A DNA stretch of 64,000 nt from positions 2,692,680-2,756,679 of the forward strand of contig CP147780.1 of the NCBI GenBank assembly GCA_037310415.1, written 5' to 3'. The translations under genes were made by a program, and so were the position numbers. Position 1 is the stretch's first letter; the number at the start of each line of letters is the position of its first letter. Shown here piece after piece: positions 47,507 to 55,899 of this stretch. Origin of the DNA: Candidatus Atabeyarchaeum deiterrae (GTDB lineage: Archaea; Asgardarchaeota; Atabeyarchaeia; Atabeyarchaeales; Atabeyarchaeaceae). The notes under the pieces were generated by a model, which was not told where the DNA came from, did no database searches, and saw nothing but the letters and a program-made list of their open reading frames with translations.

Positions 47507-48999
47507 TATTGCACCTCCTTGAAACAAAGCCGACCTGGATTCATGATCCCGTTGGGATCGAATATCCGCTTGACCCGTTGCATGGCTGATACCGTTGTCC
47601 GGGAGCATCGCTGAAAGACGGAGCTAGTGAACTGGCCATAGGGTCGACTGAAGTACGCTCCCGATTGAAGCATCGCTTCACTTCCTTCAAGGTAGAGCGC
47701 CTTGGCGCGCTGGATATCTTCCTGGCGAACTGGGTCGTAGTAGATATCGCATTCAAAATGAGTGTTAGTTCCTTGGCTAGTTGGCTGTATGTACGTGCCA
47801 ATCTGTTCAACTGGGTAATTCGCTTTGCTGGACACGCTCGTGAAAGCTGACCAAAGCACTGGAGCAACGTCAAGGGTTGTCAAAGCAAATACCTCTTGGC
47901 ATCCACCTGAAAACCTCAGTTTCCAATAAGGCTCCTCGCTCGGCACCCCAATAAGCCCTGAAATACTCTTCGCCGTTACCTTCCCAACGTTATCTTGTAG
48001 CTTAACTCCGCACTCAGATGCAATGTCACCAGCATCAGCTATCCGGTAGCTCAGTTCTTCCTCAGCCATTTCGCCATGCCCAGAGAAACTAAGAATGAGA
48101 TTCCAGGGTGGAAGTGTCTTCCGAAGTGCCTCAATTTGCCTACGAGTTTTTCTGAGCGCACAGGAAAGGCTCATGGCATTCAAGATGAAGAGGTCATCAG
48201 AGAGCTTACGCCTAAGCAAGGCATACACGAAACCGGTGAAATCCTCGATCTGTTTGGATTGTCCCAGCAGTATCTTCTGCACACTCGGCGCTATCTCACA
48301 TTTGACAGATGCCCAACTGACAATCCCGATTGACCCCTGCGAACCTTGGATCAGCCTGAATGGATCAAACTGAGAAGGCCCCAATGGGTTCTTCTGAGCC
48401 TGACCAGAAGCCCATTGTTCTTCCAGACTGCCCGGTCCAGCCGCGGAACCCGTTCTAAAGAGGCTCCCGCTTCCGAACACAACTTCAGTGCACAACAGTG
48501 GATCTGACGAATCCCAATGGTATCGCGGCATAGTGATGGGCTCTCTATCTAGGCATCCGGCGACAACTGATTTTGAAGGTCTCGGCAGCAAGGGGATAAG
48601 TGGTCTCAGTCCCTGCCTCGAAAGCTCCTTAACAAACTCATCATAGGTGACACCCGCCTCAACCATCGCCACCTTGTTAACTCGGTCGACCCGCAAGATC
48701 TTCCTCATTCTTGTTAAATTAACGATGGCTGAATTCTCTGACTGCGGGATTGTGTCTCCACGAAGCCGGGGACCTCCTGAGCTTGCTGGCACAATTGGGA
48801 TCAACTTCGAATTCGCTAGTTCCACGATCCGCTTCAGTTGGTCCACATCCTGTGGCCAGACGACGCACACAGGTGTTCGGGTCTCACAGAGGGTCTTCGC
48901 TCCTGAGTACTCCTTCAAATCGTGAGGATCGATGCTTACATTCTCGGCACCGACGATCGCCATCAACATCTTTGCTGGGTTGTCTGTCAACTTGATCAT
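47506..48999 (-). CDS. FAD-linked oxidoreductase (VAO/PCMH/GlcD family), second subunit
   Basis: VEAGVT, FRTGSA, QGSIGIV, KRIFDPNGIMNPG. Confidence 0.85.
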   Translation of the reverse strand: MIKLTDNPAKMLMAIVGAENVSIDPHDLKEYSGAKTLCETRTPVCVVWPQDVDQLKRIVELANSKLIPIVPASSGGPRLRGDTIPQSENSAIVNLTRMRKILRVDRVNKVAMVEAGVTYDEFVKELSRQGLRPLIPLLPRPSKSVVAGCLDREPITMPRYHWDSSDPLLCTEVVFGSGSLFRTGSAAGPGSLEEQWASGQAQKNPLGPSQFDPFRLIQGSQGSIGIVSWASVKCEIAPSVQKILLGQSKQIEDFTGFVYALLRRKLSDDLFILNAMSLSCALRKTRRQIEALRKTLPPWNLILSFSGHGEMAEEELSYRIADAGDIASECGVKLQDNVGKVTAKSISGLIGVPSEEPYWKLRFSGGCQEVFALTTLDVAPVLWSAFTSVSSKANYPVEQIGTYIQPTSQGTNTHFECDIYYDPVRQEDIQRAKALYLEGSEAMLQSGAYFSRPYGQFTSSVFQRCSRTTVSAMQRVKRIFDPNGIMNPGRLCFKEVQ

Positions 49000-49099
49000 C
49001 CCTTCTCATAGATGATTCCAGTTATTCTGAGACCGTACTTAAGCCTAACTATACACATCTAGGACAATTAGGGACATGCTAAGCTCTCACCTTTCATAG

Positions 49100-49113
49100 G
49101 AAAAACGGAAAAG
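49100..49113 (-). terminator. oligo-T terminator after tRNA-Tyr
   Basis: Minus strand reads CTTTTCCGTTTTTC just after the encoded CCA. Confidence 0.5.
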
Positions 49114-49115
49114 GG

Positions 49116-49319
49116 TGGTCCCGGCGGCAGGAGCCTCACCGATGGCGTTGGCGTCATCGGACTTGAACCTGCGACCAGACGGTGTCTGAACAGGGGCTAA
49201 CGTACTCAAACGTCTTGCAAGGTACATCGAAGACTCATTTGTACCCTACTACAGCCGCCCGCTCTAGAGTGCAGACTAAGCTGAGTTTCCAGCTCGCTGA
49301 ACCACTGAGCTACGCCGGG
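49116..49319 (-). tRNA. tRNA-Tyr(GTA) with three introns (20/21: 49266-49300; 37/38: 49184-49248; 59/60: 49133-49161), CCA encoded
   Basis: The spliced product CCCGGCG TA GCTC AGTGGTA GAGC G GGCGG CTGTAGA CCGTC TGGTC GCAGG TTCAAGT CCTGC CGCCGGG A CCA is a 75-nt cloverleaf with C1:G72 and A73. Introns 1 and 3 are bounded by exact BHB motifs. Confidence 0.93.
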
Positions 49320-49353
49320 ACAATGCAAGCAAATTAGAAATTCACTCGTGAGT

Positions 49354-49369
49354 TTATTAAAGATTTTGG
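49354..49369 (-). promoter_or_regulatory. BRE/TATA-like promoter of tRNA-Tyr
   Basis: Minus strand CCAAAATC-TTTAATAA about 35 nt upstream of C1. Confidence 0.5.
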
Positions 49370-49517
49370 TTATGCGCTGGCAATTTGCCTCAGGTGTTGA
49401 TGGTTGAGGGACACCAAAAACGGAGTGAGCCATTCTTGTGGAGAACCTAGTCTACGCTCGTTGTATGCGATTGTTGAATCTGTTTTTTCCCGAACTATTG
49501 GCTGCGAGTGGCTTTGT

Positions 49518-51449
49518 TTAGGTCTTGCCCTGTAAATATCTCTGCACAGAAGGATATTTCGCCAGATCCTTGTGGGGAAGCAGTATCGAGGCTATAAATT
49601 CTCTCTTAAACCCTTCCTCAGCCATTAGCTCAACGTATTTGATCTGCTTTGATAGCTTGTCTGCAAGATCTCTTACATCTTTTGAGATCAATGCCATCTT
49701 TGCTCCGGCGAGTGCCGTGTTGCCGACAAACGTAATTCTCTCGGTCGGAATGTCAGGTATCAGTCCTATAGTTTTGGCATTTTCTGGGTTGAGATAGTTT
49801 CCGAATGCTCCGGCGATGTATGCTTTGTCTATGTCCTTTTCTGTGATTCTCTTTTTCTGCATTAGTATTTCGCAGCCTGTGTGCAGGGCCGATTTCGCGA
49901 GTTGTATTTCGCTTATGTCTTTTGTTGAGACAGTTATGTGCTGGTTTAATGCAGTTTCGTCTTTCCAAGCGATTACGAAGGACGTTCCTTCTTTGCTTTC
50001 CTCTTCTGTCTTAATGAACCTGTTTGTTTTGATGGTTTCTTGGTTGAATTTGCCTCGTGATGATATGACGCCTGTTTTTAGCAGCTCGGCGACTATGTCA
50101 ACCATGGCTGATCCACATAGTCCTACTGGTTTTTCTTCTCCGATGGTTTCGTATTTCACGTCGAGGGTCTTCGGATTGATCTTCACCTTCTCAATGGCCC
50201 CCGTGACCGCTTTCATTCCGTATTTTATTTGTGTGCCTTCGAAAGCTGGTCCAGCTGCGCATGAACAGGATAGTATTTCTTCGTTGTTTCCGAGGAAGAC
50301 TTCACCATTCGTGCCGACATCAACAAGCAAACTTATCTCTTTTTTGTCATGTATTCCTGTGGCTATTACGTCTGCTACTGCATCAGCCCCAACGTATCCC
50401 GCCACGCACGGCAATACATGTACATTTCCCTCTGGGTGAACTCGCAACCCAGTTCTCTTCGCGTCAATGTTGACTGATCTCTTTATTGCTGGAGGATATG
50501 GAGCCAGTGAGAGGAACTTCGATTGCACGCCCAGAAACAGGTGAGTCATTGCTGTGTTGCCTACAATGACGACTTCATTTATATTCTCCGCATGTGCCTC
50601 CCCGGCATCCGTGCAGGCCGATTCAATGACTGTGTTTATTCCGTCCACAACTAGCCTTCTTATTTCTTCTTGGTGTTCCGGACTCTGTACAGCATATGAT
50701 ATTCTGCTAAGAACGTCTTCGCCATGCTGTATTTGGGGGTTCTCCAGCATGCCTGCTGACGCAATCTCTCCAGTATTGAGGTTGATGACATAGCCGACTA
50801 TCTTCGAAGTTCCAATATCGATTGCTGCTCCATAGTTCTCTTGTGTTGTGTCTCCAGGTTCTATTTTCGTGATCTTCTGGTTGTTCCATATTGTTGCAGT
50901 GATATTCCAGTCCGCTTCTCGTACAATTTCAGATAGAACTCTAGAAACGTCGTAGCATAGATGAAGATCTCTCATTCCAGTGGTTGATTCAAGTTTGCTG
51001 AGTAATCTCTCGTCGTCGGCTACCGCGTCTGTGATTGTGGGTTTCTGCAGAACGAGGTGAGCCTTTCTGACTGCGGGGTTGAGCTGAACAGTCTGTTCCA
51101 TCCCTTTTATCTGGATCCTTCTCACGCCTACTCTACTTTCGCTCGGAATGAACACTGTGACCATGCATCCAGTAGCAGGTTCTTTTGCCGTGATCTGCGC
51201 TTGGCATGAGAGACGGTACTTGTCTCCTGTTTCCTGTTTAGTTAGATGTTCTCTTTCTGAGCTTGTCATGTTGCTGAGTAGGTCTGATCCATTCACGATT
51301 ATTACCTTGCATTTTCCGCAGGTGCCTTCTCCGCCGCATTCGGATCTTATTTTGACTCCTAGTTGTTTGGCGGCGTCAAGAAGATGGATTCCGCTGCTGA
51401 AGCATCCTCTTCTTCCGTCTGGTTCGAATATAACCGTGATTGGCTGCAT
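49518..51449 (-). CDS. ATP-dependent reductive activator of corrinoid proteins (RACo/DUF4445, ASKHA) with N-terminal [2Fe-2S]
   Basis: CGGEGTCGKC...RLSCQ, AIDIGT, GEDVLSRI, DVGTNGE, AAGPAFEG, AGAFG. Confidence 0.9.
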   Translation of the reverse strand: MQPITVIFEPDGRRGCFSSGIHLLDAAKQLGVKIRSECGGEGTCGKCKVIIVNGSDLLSNMTSSEREHLTKQETGDKYRLSCQAQITAKEPATGCMVTVFIPSESRVGVRRIQIKGMEQTVQLNPAVRKAHLVLQKPTITDAVADDERLLSKLESTTGMRDLHLCYDVSRVLSEIVREADWNITATIWNNQKITKIEPGDTTQENYGAAIDIGTSKIVGYVINLNTGEIASAGMLENPQIQHGEDVLSRISYAVQSPEHQEEIRRLVVDGINTVIESACTDAGEAHAENINEVVIVGNTAMTHLFLGVQSKFLSLAPYPPAIKRSVNIDAKRTGLRVHPEGNVHVLPCVAGYVGADAVADVIATGIHDKKEISLLVDVGTNGEVFLGNNEEILSCSCAAGPAFEGTQIKYGMKAVTGAIEKVKINPKTLDVKYETIGEEKPVGLCGSAMVDIVAELLKTGVISSRGKFNQETIKTNRFIKTEEESKEGTSFVIAWKDETALNQHITVSTKDISEIQLAKSALHTGCEILMQKKRITEKDIDKAYIAGAFGNYLNPENAKTIGLIPDIPTERITFVGNTALAGAKMALISKDVRDLADKLSKQIKYVELMAEEGFKREFIASILLPHKDLAKYPSVQRYLQGKT

Positions 51450-51655
51450 TTATTGGCAATCCCTTTCCTTGTCTCTGAAATTCGTCTGCGATATAATGTG
51501 AGCGAACCACAATATTGGTTGAGTAACATCAATCCTATCGCATCATCGCAAGGTCGTATCATGCAAGGTGTTATTAATCTGTTTGTGAAAAACAATCTGA
51601 TTCCTGCAATGTGACTCACATTGTCAGTCGCAAAGAGGACGCTCTACCGCGCCTT

Positions 51656-52729
51656 CTAGATTCCGATGTATGTGTTGTCACCTAAGACGAAACGGGATCC
51701 GCGCGGCTTTGCCGGGTTTGATGCGATCTTGGCGTCTCGACCTATTAGGCTGTCCACGATTCTAAGATTGCACTCTATGGTTGCACCATCCATTACTATT
51801 GAGTTCTCAACTTCCCCACCTGTGATCGTCACGTTGTTGCCGATGGATGTGTATGGTCCGACATAGGTGTCTGGTCCGATCCTGCAATCTTTTCCGATTA
51901 TTGCTGGACCTCTTACTGTCGTATTCTTTCTTATCACAGTTCTCTCACCAATCACTACATTTCCAGCCACGCTTGCGTCGTCCTCGACTGTGCCATTGTT
52001 GCACGGTTGAATGTCGGATAGTACTAGTTGGTTTGCTTCCAGGAGATCTTCTGGTTTACCTGTGTCTTTCCACCATCCGTCCACCATGTCGTAGCCGACC
52101 TTATGCCCTTCTTCGATTAGCTTCTGGATTGCATCTGTTATTTCTAGTTCGTTTCTCCATGATGGTTTTATGTGCTTGGCTGCATCAATTATTGCGACTG
52201 TGAACATGTAGATGCCCGTGAGAGCTAGGTCACTCCTTGGTTCCTTCGGTTTCTCTACCACCCTGACAAGTCTTCCTTCTTTAACTTCGGCAACACCAAA
52301 CCGTCTTGGATCTTTTACTTTCGTGAGTGCAACCATTGCATCGTAATCTGATTTCCTGAAATCCTCAACGAGGTACGTGATTCCTTTCTTAAGGAGGTTG
52401 TCTCCGAGGTACATTACGAAGGGATCGTCTTTGACGAAGTCCTCAGCAAGGAGCACAGCATGCGCAAGACCTTTCGGCTCTGGTTGGTCAATGTAGGTAA
52501 CGCGCACACCATATTTGGAGCCATTGCCAATAGTTTCTATAATCCCTTCTTTTGTTGGTCCTAGAATTATCCCTATGTCTTTTATCCCAGCGTCTCTTAT
52601 CGCTTCTAAGCCGTAGATGAGTATCGGTTTGTTTGCTATAGGCAACATGTGTTTGTTCCCAGTGTGAGTCAGAGGTCTGAGTCTAGTTCCGTGACCTCCA
52701 CCAAGGAGGACACCCTTCATAGTCTTCAT
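51656..52729 (-). CDS. rmlA: glucose-1-phosphate thymidylyltransferase (long form)
   Basis: GGHGTRLRPLT, EKP, RNELEITD, WKDTG, hexapeptide tail. Confidence 0.92.
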   Translation of the reverse strand: MKTMKGVLLGGGHGTRLRPLTHTGNKHMLPIANKPILIYGLEAIRDAGIKDIGIILGPTKEGIIETIGNGSKYGVRVTYIDQPEPKGLAHAVLLAEDFVKDDPFVMYLGDNLLKKGITYLVEDFRKSDYDAMVALTKVKDPRRFGVAEVKEGRLVRVVEKPKEPRSDLALTGIYMFTVAIIDAAKHIKPSWRNELEITDAIQKLIEEGHKVGYDMVDGWWKDTGKPEDLLEANQLVLSDIQPCNNGTVEDDASVAGNVVIGERTVIRKNTTVRGPAIIGKDCRIGPDTYVGPYTSIGNNVTITGGEVENSIVMDGATIECNLRIVDSLIGRDAKIASNPAKPRGSRFVLGDNTYIGI

Positions 52730-52753
52730 GGCGTAGACCTTCCTTCACAAATA

Positions 52754-53647
52754 CTACTCTCTTTCTTCTCTTAAAACTTTCAACGCAACATCCATTGCCA
52801 ATGGCTTGTGAGTTAGTGTTTTCTTGGCTTTCTCAACATTAAGGGACGCGTCTTCGGGTCTCTTGGCTTTCCAATTCAGCTGATCAGATTTTATGGGGGA
52901 GATCAACTTCTCATCTAGCTGGAAGGATTTGCATATCGCCCTGGCGAAGTCAAATCTGTTAATCCTTGTTGCTCCTGACAAGTTGAATATGCCTGTCAGA
53001 TTGCGTTTTGCAGCTTCGACTAGCATTTCTGCCAAGTTCGTGTTTAATGTGGGAGAATTGTACTGATCATCTATCAGCTTCATCTTTTCCTTTTTCTCTA
53101 GATTGTTTATAACCCATATTGCAAAGTTTGGTCTATCCATCCTACCCCATCCGAAGATTACGTCCGTTCGGGCAATACACCAGCTCGGGGCGATATTTCT
53201 AATGTATTCTTCTCCCTTCAACTTTGTTAGACCATAGTAGTTAATGGGGTTGGTTTTGTCTTCTTCCTTGTATAATCCTTTGGCGCCGTCAAAGACATAG
53301 CTTGTAGATATGTGCACTACTAGTGCGCCTACTTTCAAACACGCCTGAGCGATGCTCTTTGGTCCTTCAACGTTCACTTTCCAAGCAGCTTCTTTCTCCA
53401 CCTCACACTGATCTACGTTGGTCATTGCAGCAGCGTTTATGACAGCATCTGGTTTCAATTCCTTGATCATCGATGTTGTAGACTCGGCATTGGTTATGTC
53501 AAGTCTCAGGAATTTCACCTTGCCATCCAAACTAGGTAACGGAGCGGGGGACAGGTCAATTGGATAGACCTCAATGTCTTCCTTTAGGCAGCATTTTACG
53601 AGTTTCTCGCCAAGCAGCCCCGCAGCGCCAGTGATTGCGATTTTCAT
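52754..53647 (-). CDS. rmlD: dTDP-4-dehydrorhamnose reductase
   Basis: TGAAGLLG, AAMTNVD, YVFDG, YGLTK, DQYNSPT, AKRP. Confidence 0.9.
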   Translation of the reverse strand: MKIAITGAAGLLGEKLVKCCLKEDIEVYPIDLSPAPLPSLDGKVKFLRLDITNAESTTSMIKELKPDAVINAAAMTNVDQCEVEKEAAWKVNVEGPKSIAQACLKVGALVVHISTSYVFDGAKGLYKEEDKTNPINYYGLTKLKGEEYIRNIAPSWCIARTDVIFGWGRMDRPNFAIWVINNLEKKEKMKLIDDQYNSPTLNTNLAEMLVEAAKRNLTGIFNLSGATRINRFDFARAICKSFQLDEKLISPIKSDQLNWKAKRPEDASLNVEKAKKTLTHKPLAMDVALKVLREERE

Positions 53648-53652
53648 TTTGT

Positions 53653-54681
53653 TTACCATCCCTGTTTCCAAGGGGTCGGGTCAATTACCTTTTCCGTAGC
53701 TAGGGGTTTCCACCACCATTCATTTTCGACATACCACTTGACAGTTTCCTGTAATTCGTCTTTGAGTCCATGTTGAGGTTTCCAGCCGAGATCGGATCTT
53801 ATCTTCGATGAATCGAGACTATACCTGAAGTCGTGCCCTGGCCTGTCTTCCACATGAGTGATTAACTCCTCTGGTTTTTCGAGGATGTGGAGGATTGTTT
53901 TAGCAATCTCGATATTCGGGGTTTCCGATCCTGACGAGACGTTGTAGATCTCCCCAGGCTTCCCTTGCTCCATGACAAGGTGAATAGCTTCACAGTGGTC
54001 AATTACATACAGCCAATCTCTGATCTGTTCACCTGATCCATAGATTGGAACAGGTAGGCTTAAAATTGATCTGATTATCGTTTTGGGGATAAGTTTTTCT
54101 GGAAACTGGAATGGCCCAAAATTGTTTGTGCATCTCGTTATCATGGTTTCCAAACCATAGGTGCGGTAGTATGCTTTGACAAGCATGTCAGCTGAGGATT
54201 TAGTTGCAGAATAGGGACTTGAGGGATTCAACACGTCATCCTCTTTGAATGATTTGGATCCTTCGGCCGAGCCGTAGACCTCATCCGTTGAGACTTGAAT
54301 GAATCTCTTCCGGCCCTTACTTTTTCTCACGGCCTCCAAAAGAGAGAATACTCCATAGGCATTACTCTTGAAGAAGGAATATGGATTTGATATGCTTCTA
54401 TCAACATGTGTCTCAGCGGCAAAGTTTACAACCATGTCCACATCACTTAGGACGTCTTGAACGGTATCTGTGTCAGTTATGTCAGCATTGATGAAAATGT
54501 GGTTGCTAAGGTTCTCAATGTCTTTCAAGTTCGCTAGGTTGGAACCATAGCCAAGGTTATCGATGTTCAGTATTTCTATGTCTTTGCTGTTCCCGGAATG
54601 TTCCTTCGAGTAGACACTTAGAAGATGCTTTATGAAGTTGCTTCCGATGAAGCCTGCGCCGCCAGTGACAACTATTTTCAT
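53653..54681 (-). CDS. rmlB: dTDP-glucose 4,6-dehydratase
   Basis: TGGAGFIG, AAETHVDRSI, STDEVYG, YSATK, DRPGHD. Confidence 0.95.
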   Translation of the reverse strand: MKIVVTGGAGFIGSNFIKHLLSVYSKEHSGNSKDIEILNIDNLGYGSNLANLKDIENLSNHIFINADITDTDTVQDVLSDVDMVVNFAAETHVDRSISNPYSFFKSNAYGVFSLLEAVRKSKGRKRFIQVSTDEVYGSAEGSKSFKEDDVLNPSSPYSATKSSADMLVKAYYRTYGLETMITRCTNNFGPFQFPEKLIPKTIIRSILSLPVPIYGSGEQIRDWLYVIDHCEAIHLVMEQGKPGEIYNVSSGSETPNIEIAKTILHILEKPEELITHVEDRPGHDFRYSLDSSKIRSDLGWKPQHGLKDELQETVKWYVENEWWWKPLATEKVIDPTPWKQGW

Positions 54682-54713
54682 ATTGTCTCCACACCAGAAT
54701 CCAATTCAGCCAG

Positions 54714-55211
54714 CTATTTGTAGGGAGGCTTATTCCAGTCGAACGGTTTTCCCGTCTTTGGATCAACTATCTTGGGATCGTTCCATGGTCTTCGCTCCTC
54801 ATCAGGGTTGTTGTAGTCGTAAAGCCTTGTGGTGAAGTAGACTAGAACTGATGAGGAATCGCCTAGGGCTTTGGTCCCATGCCAGTAGAAGCCTGGTATT
54901 TTCACAACTTGAAGTCTTTCTCCACTTGAGACTATCTCATCAAGCTGTCCTCTGGTCTTTGATCCTTCCCTGTCATCGTACGCGCAAATCTTGACAGCTC
55001 CCCTCAGAACCACCATATAGTCATTTTGACCTCGGTTATGCCGGTGCCAAGCTCTAATGATGCTTGGAAAGCTTATTGAGAAGTTCGCTTGAACTATGCG
55101 GTCATTCTCCAAGATCTCTTTCCAGTCTTCGCGTAGGATTTCGGTGAAGAGACCTCGCTCATCTGGCATCTTCTTCAACTCATAGATCTTCATGCCGGGC
55201 AACATACTCAT
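54714..55211 (-). CDS. rmlC: dTDP-4-dehydrorhamnose 3,5-epimerase
   Basis: DERGLF, RAWH, PGFYWHG; located in the rml operon. Confidence 0.88.
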   Translation of the reverse strand: MSMLPGMKIYELKKMPDERGLFTEILREDWKEILENDRIVQANFSISFPSIIRAWHRHNRGQNDYMVVLRGAVKICAYDDREGSKTRGQLDEIVSSGERLQVVKIPGFYWHGTKALGDSSSVLVYFTTRLYDYNNPDEERRPWNDPKIVDPKTGKPFDWNKPPYK

Positions 55212-55357
55212 AAAAGCCTCCTAGAATCTCTGCTTCGCCTGAGCACCTTGCAAGGGGTGCTCCGCGTGTCAGCTTCACTCCTTTTCATGTCAGGTTAGGC
55301 TCTTAACCTTTTTCAATGCTACGGTAGCAATAAGACGTGCACCAGTGGACTAGGCTG

Positions 55358-55390
55358 AAAAAGAAGTGAAGTGATGCTAATATCACTTCA
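55358..55390 (-). terminator. hairpin plus U-tract terminator-like element
   Basis: Perfect 9-bp stem TGAAGTGAT/ATCACTTCA with a 6-nt loop, then CTTCTTTTT on the minus strand, 7 nt after the stop of 55398-55733. Confidence 0.55.
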
Positions 55391-55397
55391 ATGGATT

Positions 55398-55733
55398 CTA
55401 CAATTCGGCTATTATGTAGACTATGGCAGACAGAATGAGCAACAGAGCTCCCAGGTCTCCACCGAATATATAGGCAACTATCGCTACGATGAGTATCATT
55501 AGCCAGCTAACTTTGAACTTGAGCGATATGTTCAGAAGACCGTAGCTCGCGAAGATAACCAACGCTAGAATTATTAGGATGATTCCGTCGACAAGGAGTC
55601 CAAGAGAATAACCCCAGAACTGCGCGATGTGGTAAGGCATCTGTAGTACGTCCAAGATTCCAAAGATGAGAGTAACGAGCGCGCCGATCAAAGCTAGTAT
55701 TCTGCCAAAATTCTTGATTTCCTTTTTCTTCAA
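55398..55733 (-). CDS. small membrane protein
   Basis: 3-4 hydrophobic helices; TTG start follows GAGGAG. Confidence 0.7.
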   Translation of the reverse strand: MKKKEIKNFGRILALIGALVTLIFGILDVLQMPYHIAQFWGYSLGLLVDGIILIILALVIFASYGLLNISLKFKVSWLMILIVAIVAYIFGGDLGALLLILSAIVYIIAEL

Positions 55734-55899
55734 ATATGCTCTCCTCAGTTACTTGAATAGACAAGTTACGAGCATATAGTTGGTGTCCCGATATTTATGG
55801 ATTACCTTAAGGTAGGCCTGTGAGAGAATATAGACGAGGGAGATCCTTCCAGATTTCTGGATGGTAACTCTGTTGTAACTGACAACACAGCAGACTGGT

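Noticed and set aside
43575-49319. Genomic island integrated at tRNA-Tyr
   Set aside because: No integrase, and no duplicate of the tRNA 3' end was seen in the window.
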